Positions 39,523 to 48,810 of a stretch of DNA of 64,000 nucleotides are shown here, piece by piece. The stretch is taken from IMG/VR virus record IMGVR_UViG_3300048798_000032, positions 1 through 64,000 of that record; one strand, written 5' to 3'. Both the position numbers and the translations under genes were made by a program. The notes below the pieces were generated by a model. It was not told the DNA's origin. It saw only the letters and a program-made list of their open reading frames with translations, and searched no databases. Numbering within the stretch: the first letter of the stretch is position 1; every line of letters starts with the position of its first letter. The DNA is from a virus.

Positions 39523-40038
39523 GTGAGCCTCCGCATTGTGCCTGTCACCTATGAGACTGCGGCCGGATTCAACCGGATGTGGCATCGCACCCACGAACGC
39601 CCCCCCCCATCACACAAGTTCTCTATCGGGGTGGCTGACGACATGGACATCTTGCGGGGTGTGGCCATCGTCGGCCGCCCGGTCTCCCGTTTCTACGACA
39701 ACGGCCTGACACTAGAAGTCAACCGGACAGCCACGGATGGCACGAGGAACGCCAACTCAATGCTGTACGGCTCGTGCTGGAATGCGGCAAAAGCACTTGG
39801 GTTCCGGCGGCTGATCACCTACAACGTGACGCCCACCGAGGGGCCAGCGTGTGAGGGTACCTGCCCTCATGAGTCCTGTTTCATAATCCGCGCCAGCGAA
39901 TCAGGGGCAAGCCTGAAAGGTGCCGGGTGGGTAATCATCGCGCAGCGCCCACCACGGCCCGGCTGGGACACACCCTCGCGCCCGCGTGAATCGCGTGGTG
40001 CCGACTGTCTTCCCCGCACCCTATGGGAGGCATCGTGA
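39523..40038 (+). CDS. XF1762-like protein
   Basis: WHRTH, GVAIVGRPVSR, LEVNR..TDGTRNANSMLY, ESGASLKGAGW. Confidence 0.75.
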   Translation: MSLRIVPVTYETAAGFNRMWHRTHERPPPSHKFSIGVADDMDILRGVAIVGRPVSRFYDNGLTLEVNRTATDGTRNANSMLYGSCWNAAKALGFRRLITYNVTPTEGPACEGTCPHESCFIIRASESGASLKGAGWVIIAQRPPRPGWDTPSRPRESRGADCLPRTLWEAS

Positions 40039-40967
40039 AGCGCAACCTCTTCAGTGCCGCTTCTGTCCTCGCCGCGCTTTCGTTTATCGCCACCATCTAC
40101 CGGAAGGCTGCCCGGCCACATATACCCGGATTGCCTGAAGATGGTGAGCCTCTTTCCGGTCAGGAAGTACGGCGCTGGATAGGTATCCGGCAGACCTATG
40201 AAGCAGTGGATATCAGTGAACCCGTAACCCCGCACCGAGGGGAGGGTAGATGAGCGCCGCATTGAAGCCGCCCTTTCCCGCCGGGGGGATTATCCGTTAC
40301 TGCCCTCATTGCAGGCAGCCATGGCCGGTACCTGATACCTGCGAATGCGATCACGGCAAGACAGTTCACAACCTCAGCAAGGACGGGAAGCAGCGCACAG
40401 AGTGCTCTGTGTTCACCGTGGAGGGTCCTTGCGGGTGCACGGAATACACCCCTGCGGAGGTGCCCAGTGGCACTTGAAAGTGACATCCGCATGGCAGACG
40501 AGGCAGGCAGGTCGCGGTCAACCCTGGACAGCAGTTACGCCGAGGCACGGGCACTTGCGCTGATCGGGAGTGCGGGGACTACGGCAGAGCAGGACCGGGC
40601 AGCGGCGCTCACGCTGGCGGAATGGGCACGTGACGGAAACGAGTTGGCGGACTGGCTCGAAATGTGCGGGCTGGCACGACCGAAAAGCGCGGCGACGGGA
40701 GTAAGGTCATGAGGCAATTCTATCGTAAATGGCGCTGGATTGCACTGGAGAATGCCTCCACTATGCTACCGTGGGAATGGTGGCGAGTGCGCGTTGACCC
40801 ATTCTGCCGAGGCTGGCAGAAAGCCGTGCGGAATGGGGAGATAGGGTGAAGAAAGCCCTTCCCGTTGCTGCGGGTTTGACCATTCTGGCCGCCATTTTCG
40901 CACGTTCCGGCTATCGCTGGGCATTGCGCCATGACTGTCTTGGCTGCGAATTGTGGAATGGTGCGGC

Positions 40968-42638
40968 ATGACCCCTCTTAATTCCCATTCACCCGGCCGG
41001 GTAGCTGGGGAAGGGTACCCGGCCGGTGGAGGGCCCGGCGTCAACCTGGATCTGTTCGGCGGCCCTGGTGGGTGGGCCGAGGCCCTGGCCGCGCTCGGCC
41101 TGACTGAGATCGGGATCGAGCTCGACGCGGCAGCGTGCGCGACCCGCCGGGCCGCAGGCCACCTAACGATCCGGGCCAGCGTCGCGGCCTTCCCGGTTGA
41201 GCAGCTCGCCGGGCGCGTGCGCGGGCTAGCAGGCAGTCCCCCTTGCACCACTTTTTCGCAGGCTGGCCTTGGTGCGGGTGTCAGGGTCATGGAGATCCTC
41301 GCTCTGGCCATCCGTGACGCGCTCGCTGGCCGCAAGACAAGGGCGCGGCGGATGCGGGAGATGGCCCGTGCGCTCCGTGCCGCCTGGTGGACCGACGCGA
41401 AAGTCAAACTCGATGCTCGGCTCACCCGCGCGGAACGGTCGGCGCGCATCTGGAAGGCCGTCAGGTCGGCCGCCCTGGTCATCGAGCCCGCGCGGTACAT
41501 CCACGCGTGCCGTCCCGAGTGGATAGCGCTGGAGCAGGTTCCCGCCGTCCTGCCGCTGTGGCAGGCGTACGCCACCGAACTCCGCAAGCTGGGCTACTCG
41601 GTATGGGTGGGCAAGCTCAACGCCGCAGATTTTGGTGTGCCGCAGACCCGCGTCAGGGCCATCCTCATCGCCAGCCGGGTACGGAAGGTCACGGTGCCGG
41701 AGCCGACCCACTACGACCCGCGCAAGGGTGATCAGCTCTGGGGTGAGCACTGGGTCAGCATGGCCGAGGCGCTCGGCATAGGCGCGACCGGCCGCCCGGC
41801 ACCCTCCGTGACCGCCGGTGGAACGTCTACCGGGGGTGCCGAGCCGTTCGCCCGCGGTGGCCGGGGCGCGCTCGAGGCCGAGCGGGACGCCGGCCGGTGG
41901 GTGCTGCGGATGGACACCCAGGCGCACGCGTCCGTCCGTGACGTGACAGCGCCAGCGCCAGCGCTGAAGATTGGCCATTCTGCTGCGGATTGTCAATGGG
42001 TGCTGCTGCACACCAACCGTGACCAGCGTCCCGATGGCACCCGGCAGACCGCAGACCCGCATACCGCGCCCGCGCCCGCGCCCGCGCTGACGAGCAAATC
42101 GGGTGGCCAGTGGGAACTGCACCGCAGCAGGGGCGCGAGTGTCAGCCGCCGCGACCATCCCGCCGATGAGCCAGCACCAACGATTACCGGCGCTGGCGGC
42201 AAGCCTGGCGGCAACCTGACGTGGAAACTCCGCAACAACAACAACAACAACAACGCGTGTGAACGGTCAACCGATGAACCGGCTGGGACGTTGTTCTTTG
42301 GCCAGCGGTCCAACTGGGCGGCATGGGTGACCGAGCGCCCGGCAACGACCGTTCAGGGCGACCCGCGGATCGGCCGGCCGGGGCACAAGGGCCCCGAGTC
42401 CGGTGGCGAGTCACAGTTCGCCGTGGACTCCGTCCGCATCACGGTCACCGAGGCTGCGGTACTCCAGTCGTTCAGGCCGGACTATCCGTTCCAGGGGACT
42501 AAGTCGGCGCGGTTCCGGCAAGTGGGCGACGCCTGGTGCCCGCTGGCGGCTATCGCTGTGGTCGGCGTGGCTACCGGTATCGACTGGCGCCCGGTCGCTG
42601 AGAAGTACACCGAGTCGTGCCGGGAGCAGGCCGCATGA
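40968..42638 (+). CDS. orphan DNA cytosine-5 methyltransferase
   Basis: DLFGGPGG, GSPPC, EQV, GVPQTR.R, QVGDA; long variable region with PAPT repeats; start uncertain. Confidence 0.88.
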   Translation: MTPLNSHSPGRVAGEGYPAGGGPGVNLDLFGGPGGWAEALAALGLTEIGIELDAAACATRRAAGHLTIRASVAAFPVEQLAGRVRGLAGSPPCTTFSQAGLGAGVRVMEILALAIRDALAGRKTRARRMREMARALRAAWWTDAKVKLDARLTRAERSARIWKAVRSAALVIEPARYIHACRPEWIALEQVPAVLPLWQAYATELRKLGYSVWVGKLNAADFGVPQTRVRAILIASRVRKVTVPEPTHYDPRKGDQLWGEHWVSMAEALGIGATGRPAPSVTAGGTSTGGAEPFARGGRGALEAERDAGRWVLRMDTQAHASVRDVTAPAPALKIGHSAADCQWVLLHTNRDQRPDGTRQTADPHTAPAPAPALTSKSGGQWELHRSRGASVSRRDHPADEPAPTITGAGGKPGGNLTWKLRNNNNNNNACERSTDEPAGTLFFGQRSNWAAWVTERPATTVQGDPRIGRPGHKGPESGGESQFAVDSVRITVTEAAVLQSFRPDYPFQGTKSARFRQVGDAWCPLAAIAVVGVATGIDWRPVAEKYTESCREQAA

Positions 42639-42694
42639 ACAATCCCATCCCTCTATCCCCTCTAAGAGCAAAGCTCAGCGAGGAGGGGAGAGGG

Positions 42695-42898
42695 TCAGGA
42701 GTCGGCGGAGACCTTCTCGAACTCAGCCTGATAGCGGCGCACCTGCTCGCGGGTCAGCTTGAGCGTGGCCGCGATGTCGGCCTGCGTGATGTCGCTGCCG
42801 CGGGCCTCCACGATGGCGCGGCCGAGCGCGAGCCGGGTCTCTCTCACCTGCTCGCGGGCGGCCAGATAGGCGTCTCGCGCAGCAACGACGTTGGCCAT
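42695..42898 (-). CDS. small HTH regulator
   Basis: ITQADIAATLKLTREQVRRY; divergent from the repeat locus. Confidence 0.75.
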   Translation of the reverse strand: MANVVAARDAYLAAREQVRETRLALGRAIVEARGSDITQADIAATLKLTREQVRRYQAEFEKVSADS

Positions 42899-42968
42899 GG
42901 CACCGGTCACCTTCCGATTGTCACATGGATGTGGCCTAGGGCAAGTATGCAACATAGACGGGTGCCAC

Positions 42969-43005
42969 GCAACATGTTGCACTGCCACATACTGTGTGGC
43001 ATAGT
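42969..43005 (+). promoter_or_regulatory. promoter with overlapping palindromes
   Basis: TTGCAC-17-CATAGT; GCAACATGTTGC (42969-42980) and TGCCACA-N5-TGTGGCA (42983-43001). Confidence 0.7.
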
Positions 43006-43010
43006 CGGGA

Positions 43011-43367
43011 CCAGCGTGGCGAGGCCCGGCGGTGCGGGGCATGACCGGTCGCGGCTATGGCTAGCCCGGGTTGGGCGAGGCATGGATTCACCAGGGCGGA
43101 TGGCATACAGCCGGGTTCGGGTCCCGGTCGCCCACGCTGGGCTTGGCAGGCCAGTGGCATCGCTGGCCCCGGCATGGTTCGGCTGGGCGCGTCATGGCTC
43201 GCCAAGGCCGGGCTAGGCAAGGAACTACGGCCGACAGGAAGGCACTGGGGTTCGAGCCCTCAGCGGTCACGCAGGGTGCGGCAGGGCAGTGCCAGGCAGG
43301 CCCCGGCGCGGCTCGTTATGGCTGGGCACGGCAGAACCCGGCTTGGTATGGCCCGGCAAGGCAAGGA
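43011..43367 (+). ncRNA. NN-GGY pentamer array, tracts 1-3 with two mini tRNA-like elements
   Basis: tracts 43011-43086 (15 pentamers), 43138-43223 (17), 43273-43367 (19; 14 with GGY); elements 43094-43136 and 43229-43271. Confidence 0.8.
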
Positions 43368-43386
43368 CGCAACGAAAGGGAGAGCG

Positions 43387-43959
43387 ATGGACTTCCGGAT
43401 CACGATCAAGGGCACGGACAGCTTGCTGATGCACAATGCGCGGCTGGCCAATCCGCTCGACCCGGCCGCGAAAGCGGTCAAGAAGCTCACGGGCAAGCGG
43501 AACAAGACCGATGACGACTACGAGGAACTCGCCCACGTTGAGTGGCAGGGGTCGTTCTACTTCGATCCCGACGTCGGCCCGTTCATCCCCGGCGACAACA
43601 TCTGGCGTTCGCTCTATGACGCGGCCAAGAAGCACAAGAAGGGCCCGCGCATCAAGGAAGGCGTGTTCATCGCCACCAGCATCAACCCGATCGCCTATGC
43701 GGGTGCGCGCAGCCTGGACGCGCTGTGGGCTGACGAGAACTTCAAGCACTTCGCCTCGGTGAAAGTCGGCACGGCGCGGACCTCCCGCTGCCGCCCGATG
43801 TTCCGCCAGTGGAAGGTCGCAGCCGATGGCGTGCTGGACACGAATGTCATGGACCTAGCCGAACTCCAGCAGGTTGCCGAGACGGCCGGCTCACTGATCG
43901 GGCTAGGGGACTGGCGCCCGCGGTACGGCCGGTATGTGGCCGAGGTGGAGAAGGTCTAG
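43387..43959 (+). CDS. stand-alone Cas7/RAMP-like protein (190 aa)
   Basis: GAAAGGGAG RBS; FRITIKGTDSLLMHN strand, PFIPGDNIWRSL, C-terminal G-loop GSLIGLGDWRPRYGRY. Confidence 0.75.
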   Translation: MDFRITIKGTDSLLMHNARLANPLDPAAKAVKKLTGKRNKTDDDYEELAHVEWQGSFYFDPDVGPFIPGDNIWRSLYDAAKKHKKGPRIKEGVFIATSINPIAYAGARSLDALWADENFKHFASVKVGTARTSRCRPMFRQWKVAADGVLDTNVMDLAELQQVAETAGSLIGLGDWRPRYGRYVAEVEKV

Positions 43960-43967
43960 GTCTCACC

Positions 43968-44268
43968 TGGGCGTGGCGGGGCGGCGCAAGGCAATCCCAG
44001 GCTTCGCGGGGCGTGGCCGGACAGTGCACTCCTGGCCAAGGCAGCACCAGGGCTTGACAGGGCATTCAGGGTGACCGGCAGGCATCAGGGTTCAAGCCCC
44101 TGACACCCGCGCAGGGTGCGGCTTGCCTGGGCGAGTCGGGCCTGGGCGCGGCCATGCGAGACCGGTCACGGCCGGGCAGTACCTGGCTAGCCGAGGCAAG
44201 GAAGGGCGACATGGCAGACATCAGGGTCCGAGTCCCTGACGCCCACGCTAGGCATGGATACGCAAGAC
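43968..44268 (+). ncRNA. NN-GGY pentamer array, tracts 4-5 with two mini tRNA-like elements and a short stub
   Basis: tracts 43968-44063 (19), 44113-44202 (18); elements 44069-44111 and 44204-44247; stub 44249-44268. Confidence 0.8.
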
Positions 44269-44282
44269 GGAAGGAATCAGGA

Positions 44283-44843
44283 ATGGCAGACAGGGCACCA
44301 TTCGAGCCCATCGGAGAACAAGCCCGGTGGCGCGTGATCTATGAGGCACTGAAAGACGTCCCAGTGGGCGAGACGATTACCTACGAGCGTCTCGGGACTG
44401 TTCTCGATCTTGACCCGAAGGACGACCGGAGCGTCATTCAGCAGGCCATGCACCGCGCAGCCTACGAGTTGGAGACGCAGGACAAGCACGCGGTCGACTC
44501 GGTGCGCGGCATTGGCTACCGCGTCGTAGAGCCTGTAGAGCACATGGGCCTAGCGGTCAGGCAGCAGAAGCGTTCCCGCAGGGCCTTGGAGCGCGGCCAG
44601 TCCAAGGTTGTCAACGTGGACCTCACTGGCATGGAACCGGAAATCCGCAAGGCGTTTGAGGTGCTAGCGACCGGGTTCGCACTTCAGGCCGACTTTAACC
44701 GCCGCATCGAGAACCGGCAGGCGCGACTGGACCGGGCACTGCGTGAGATCAGCGACACGCAGGACACCGACCGCAAGCACAGCGACGAGGAGATCACCGA
44801 ACTCCGCGAACGGCTGGCGCGGCTTGAAGCGGGCACTACCTGA
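44283..44843 (+). CDS. accessory protein, winged-helix-like N-terminus plus coiled coil
   Basis: VPVGETITYERLG...SVRGIGYRVV; heptad-rich C-terminus. Confidence 0.65.
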   Translation: MADRAPFEPIGEQARWRVIYEALKDVPVGETITYERLGTVLDLDPKDDRSVIQQAMHRAAYELETQDKHAVDSVRGIGYRVVEPVEHMGLAVRQQKRSRRALERGQSKVVNVDLTGMEPEIRKAFEVLATGFALQADFNRRIENRQARLDRALREISDTQDTDRKHSDEEITELRERLARLEAGTT

Positions 44844-44850
44844 GTCTTCT

Positions 44851-44905
44851 GGGGCAACGCGTGGCTGGGCACAGCTAGGCGAGTCCAGGCGTGGCGCGGC
44901 ATGGC
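44851..44905 (+). ncRNA. NN-GGY pentamer tract 6
   Basis: 11 in-phase pentamers, 8 with GGC. Confidence 0.7.
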
Positions 44906-44931
44906 AACTACAAGCGGGAAGGTGGCCTTAG

Positions 44932-45894
44932 TTGGCCCGCATCCGGAGCATCAAGCCCGAGGCGTTCACGTCAGAAACGCTGGCCAGCCGCCATGTTCAT
45001 GCGCGGTGGACGTTTGCCGGGCTGTGGTGCTACGTGGATGACGAGGGTCGCGGGCTGGCGAATCCCGGTCTTATCAAGGCTGCCGTTTGGCCGCTAGATG
45101 ACGACATTTCAGTAACCCAGGTGGGCGCATTTCTGGATGACCTTGAAGCCGCCTATGTGATCTGCCGCTACGAAGTTGACGGTAAGCGATACCTGCATGT
45201 CGTCAACTTCGGGGAGCACCAGCACCCGAACCGGCCGCTCCCCAGTAAGTTGCCCGCCTGCTCACGGAGGACTCACGGAGGACTCAGTGAGCAGGCAGTA
45301 CGCACTCATCCGGAAGGCCCTGGCGGTGCTCCTGGCACCCCGGCGGCATCTTCTGAGGCCACGACCACCGAAACCGGGATCCAGGGCGACATAGGCGCAG
45401 GTCAAGACCCACTCACTGAGGACTCAGTGAGTGGTCACGGAGTTGTTAATCCAAAGCCGTCCGGTACCCCTCCTACTCCTCTCCGTTACGAACAAGGAGA
45501 AGGAGATGGAGGGGGAGATGGAGTTCAGCAGGCTACGCCTGCTGCCGCGAAGGACTCGCGGCAGCTCACGGTCACGCAGCGCTCAAAAAGGCTTACCGAC
45601 GCCTATGCCGAAGCCGAGCCGATGTGCAAGTGGCCGGCCGTGAACACCGCCGTCATCCGGGCAATCAAAACCGAGAAGTACGCCGACGAGGAAATCCGCG
45701 ACGCCCTGCTGCGAATGGCCAAGGACGGCACGGGCGTGACCATTGAGTCGCTGCGGGTCGAGCTGGCCGGCTTCGGCAAGCGTGGCTCTGGCCAGCAGTC
45801 CGCTACAAGCCAATCCACGGGGGCCGACCGTGCCCGTGCTGCCCGTGAGGCGGGCCAGCGTGTTCAGGCAATGCTCGAAGGAGGGAACCGGTGA
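44932..45894 (+). CDS. phage replication initiator-like protein
   Basis: MARIRSIKPE, GLWCYVDDEGRG, RYEVDGKRYL..NFGEHQ; internal GAGGACTCA repeats. Confidence 0.75.
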   Translation: MARIRSIKPEAFTSETLASRHVHARWTFAGLWCYVDDEGRGLANPGLIKAAVWPLDDDISVTQVGAFLDDLEAAYVICRYEVDGKRYLHVVNFGEHQHPNRPLPSKLPACSRRTHGGLSEQAVRTHPEGPGGAPGTPAASSEATTTETGIQGDIGAGQDPLTEDSVSGHGVVNPKPSGTPPTPLRYEQGEGDGGGDGVQQATPAAAKDSRQLTVTQRSKRLTDAYAEAEPMCKWPAVNTAVIRAIKTEKYADEEIRDALLRMAKDGTGVTIESLRVELAGFGKRGSGQQSATSQSTGADRARAAREAGQRVQAMLEGGNR

Positions 45895-46385
45895 ACGCTG
45901 CCGAGATCGGGGACCTGCTCGGCTTCGCCGCGCTCTACGACAACCGCAAGGCGTCCGACCCGGATGTCATGGCTTGGCTCAAGGCCATCGGTGATCTGCC
46001 CTATGCGGACTGCGAAGCCGCGATTGCCGCGCACTACGGCGACAGCACCGAGCGCGTCATGCCGGGCCACATCCGCACGCGGGTCAAGGCGGTCCGTGCC
46101 GAACGTCTCGCCCGGACTCCACTGGCCCCTCCGGCCCCATCACTCACCGAGCAGCCGTCGCTCTACCGGGAAGCCCTGCGCCGGCAGGTTCAGCGCCTCG
46201 CTGACGGGTTCGCGGTCCCGGCCGCCATCAAGGGCGCACCGGGGGACGGGGAGCCGCCAGCGGAGTACGTGGCCGCACGGAAGGCCCCGCCTGACGCCGA
46301 GCCACCGAAGCCGGATCCGCAGGCGATCGCCCGCGAGCAGGTGGCCGAATCCCGCAAGGAACGGCGGGAGGGGTGGCCGTCGTGA
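45891..46385 (+). CDS. putative helicase loader/inhibitor
   Basis: YDNR...AW...IGDL.Y......AAHY.....MPGHI; follows initiator. Confidence 0.55.
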   Translation: MNAAEIGDLLGFAALYDNRKASDPDVMAWLKAIGDLPYADCEAAIAAHYGDSTERVMPGHIRTRVKAVRAERLARTPLAPPAPSLTEQPSLYREALRRQVQRLADGFAVPAAIKGAPGDGEPPAEYVAARKAPPDAEPPKPDPQAIAREQVAESRKERREGWPS

Positions 46386-46794
46386 CCGAGGCCGAGGTCC
46401 GCGAGCTGCTGAACGTCTGCGGCGAGTACGACGGCACCGAGTACGGGGAACCCGCGGTGGTGTTCTGGGCTGAGGCCCCGGACTGCCGGTGGCTGCCGAA
46501 CCTGGCCTGCGACGAGGCTCCCGCCGCAGCAAAGATCGCGAGCCTGCTCCTCGGTGATCGGCGTCCCAAGAATCCCGCCGCGTACTGCCGCAAAGCCATC
46601 CAGAGCGACCCTGATCCGGTAGCCCGGTTCGCCATCCCGCCGCTGGCATGGCCGCCCTGGTGCGGCGAGTGCGATGAGCGCGACCGGACCCGCGAGACCG
46701 AACCGCGGCCCGGTGCCGTAGTCACCGTCGAACGGTGCCCGAACTGCCACCCCCTGCGAGACGCAGACCCCAACCCTCCACGAGGAGCAACGGC

Positions 46795-47724
<930 letters not shown>

Positions 47725-48051
47725 CCACCTCCACCTCATCCATCAACGAACTCGTCGCGTTCGCGCTTGCCGAACGTGAAACCTGGACCGAGGCCGGCCT
47801 CCGGGCCGCACTTGCCTCCGCGGCCGCCAGTGGCTGGCCCTACCGGCAGGCCGCCGCCGAGGTTTGCCGCCTGGTGTTCATCGATGATGCCACCCCGCAG
47901 GCCCTTGTCGAGGCCAGCCGGAACCCGGTCAAGGCCCTGCGTCACCAGCCGAAGCCCGCTCCTGGCACCGAAGTACGGGGCGCTGCGCTGGCACGGGAAG
48001 CACTCCAGCACCGGCATGACGGTGCCCGGTGGACGTGGGAAGCGATCACTG

Positions 48052-48729
48052 ATGCATGACCCCGATCCCGCTGCTGGCCTCGTGCTTACCGATCCTGAGC
48101 ACGAACCAGGCCTGGTTGCGGCCGTCGTCAACCTGGGCCGTCTGGCGCTCGCGTTCGGCCGCATCGACCGGACCGCCTGCTATCACCCAGACGGCGCGAC
48201 CAGGGAGTCCGACAGCGACCACACGGTGATGCTCGGGTGGCTTGCCCCCGCGCTGGCCACGCGCTGGCTCCCGCAGCTTGACGTCGGCCTGGTGGCCCAA
48301 TTCGCGCTGATCCACGACATGCCCGAGGTGTACGCCGGGGACACGCCGACACTGCGGATCAGCGACGAGGGCCGCGCCGCCAAGGCCGAACGGGAAGCCG
48401 CCGCCGTCGACCGGCTTCGTGGCGAGTTCGGCTACCACCTCTGGTGGGTGACGAACACCCTGGACCGCTACGAGGCGCAGGTTGAACCCGAAGCGCGGTT
48501 CGTACGCGGCCTGGACAAGTGCCTGCCGAAGATCGTCCACCTGCTCGACGGCGCGGCCGGCCTTCGCGAGGAGCGGATGGGCAGCACCGAACTTGCCGGG
48601 GTGTTTGCCCGGCAGGAAGCCGACATGGCCCGGTACGTGGGTGAGTTCACCGACCTGATGGACCTCCGCGCCGAACTGGTACGCCAAGTCGTCGCGCTCG
48701 TTGCCGAAAGCGAGACAGCCAGTGCCTGA
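48052..48729 (+). CDS. HD-domain phosphohydrolase (YfbR-like)
   Basis: RESDSDH, LIHDMPEVYAGDTPT, EARFVRGLDK. Confidence 0.88.
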   Translation: MHDPDPAAGLVLTDPEHEPGLVAAVVNLGRLALAFGRIDRTACYHPDGATRESDSDHTVMLGWLAPALATRWLPQLDVGLVAQFALIHDMPEVYAGDTPTLRISDEGRAAKAEREAAAVDRLRGEFGYHLWWVTNTLDRYEAQVEPEARFVRGLDKCLPKIVHLLDGAAGLREERMGSTELAGVFARQEADMARYVGEFTDLMDLRAELVRQVVALVAESETASA

Positions 48730-48810
48730 GACCACCCTTGCCGGCTATGGCGCGTTCCTGGACGCTAAGGCCCGGCTGGCACCGTGCCGGCGCGCGGAGA
48801 GGAGGGGCGT

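Noticed and set aside
42234-42254. (AAC)7 in the methylase as a phase-variation switch
   Set aside because: trinucleotide unit keeps the frame
43057-43386. N-terminal extensions of ORFs 43057 and 44154
   Set aside because: low-complexity translation of the pentamer tracts; RBS-like motifs lie before 43387 and 44283
43094-44247. true tRNA genes or att-site tRNA fragments
   Set aside because: no D or anticodon arms and no CCA; four diverged copies with covarying stems
43011-44905. canonical CRISPR array
   Set aside because: no identical 23-47 nt repeats separated by unique spacers; periodicity is 5 nt
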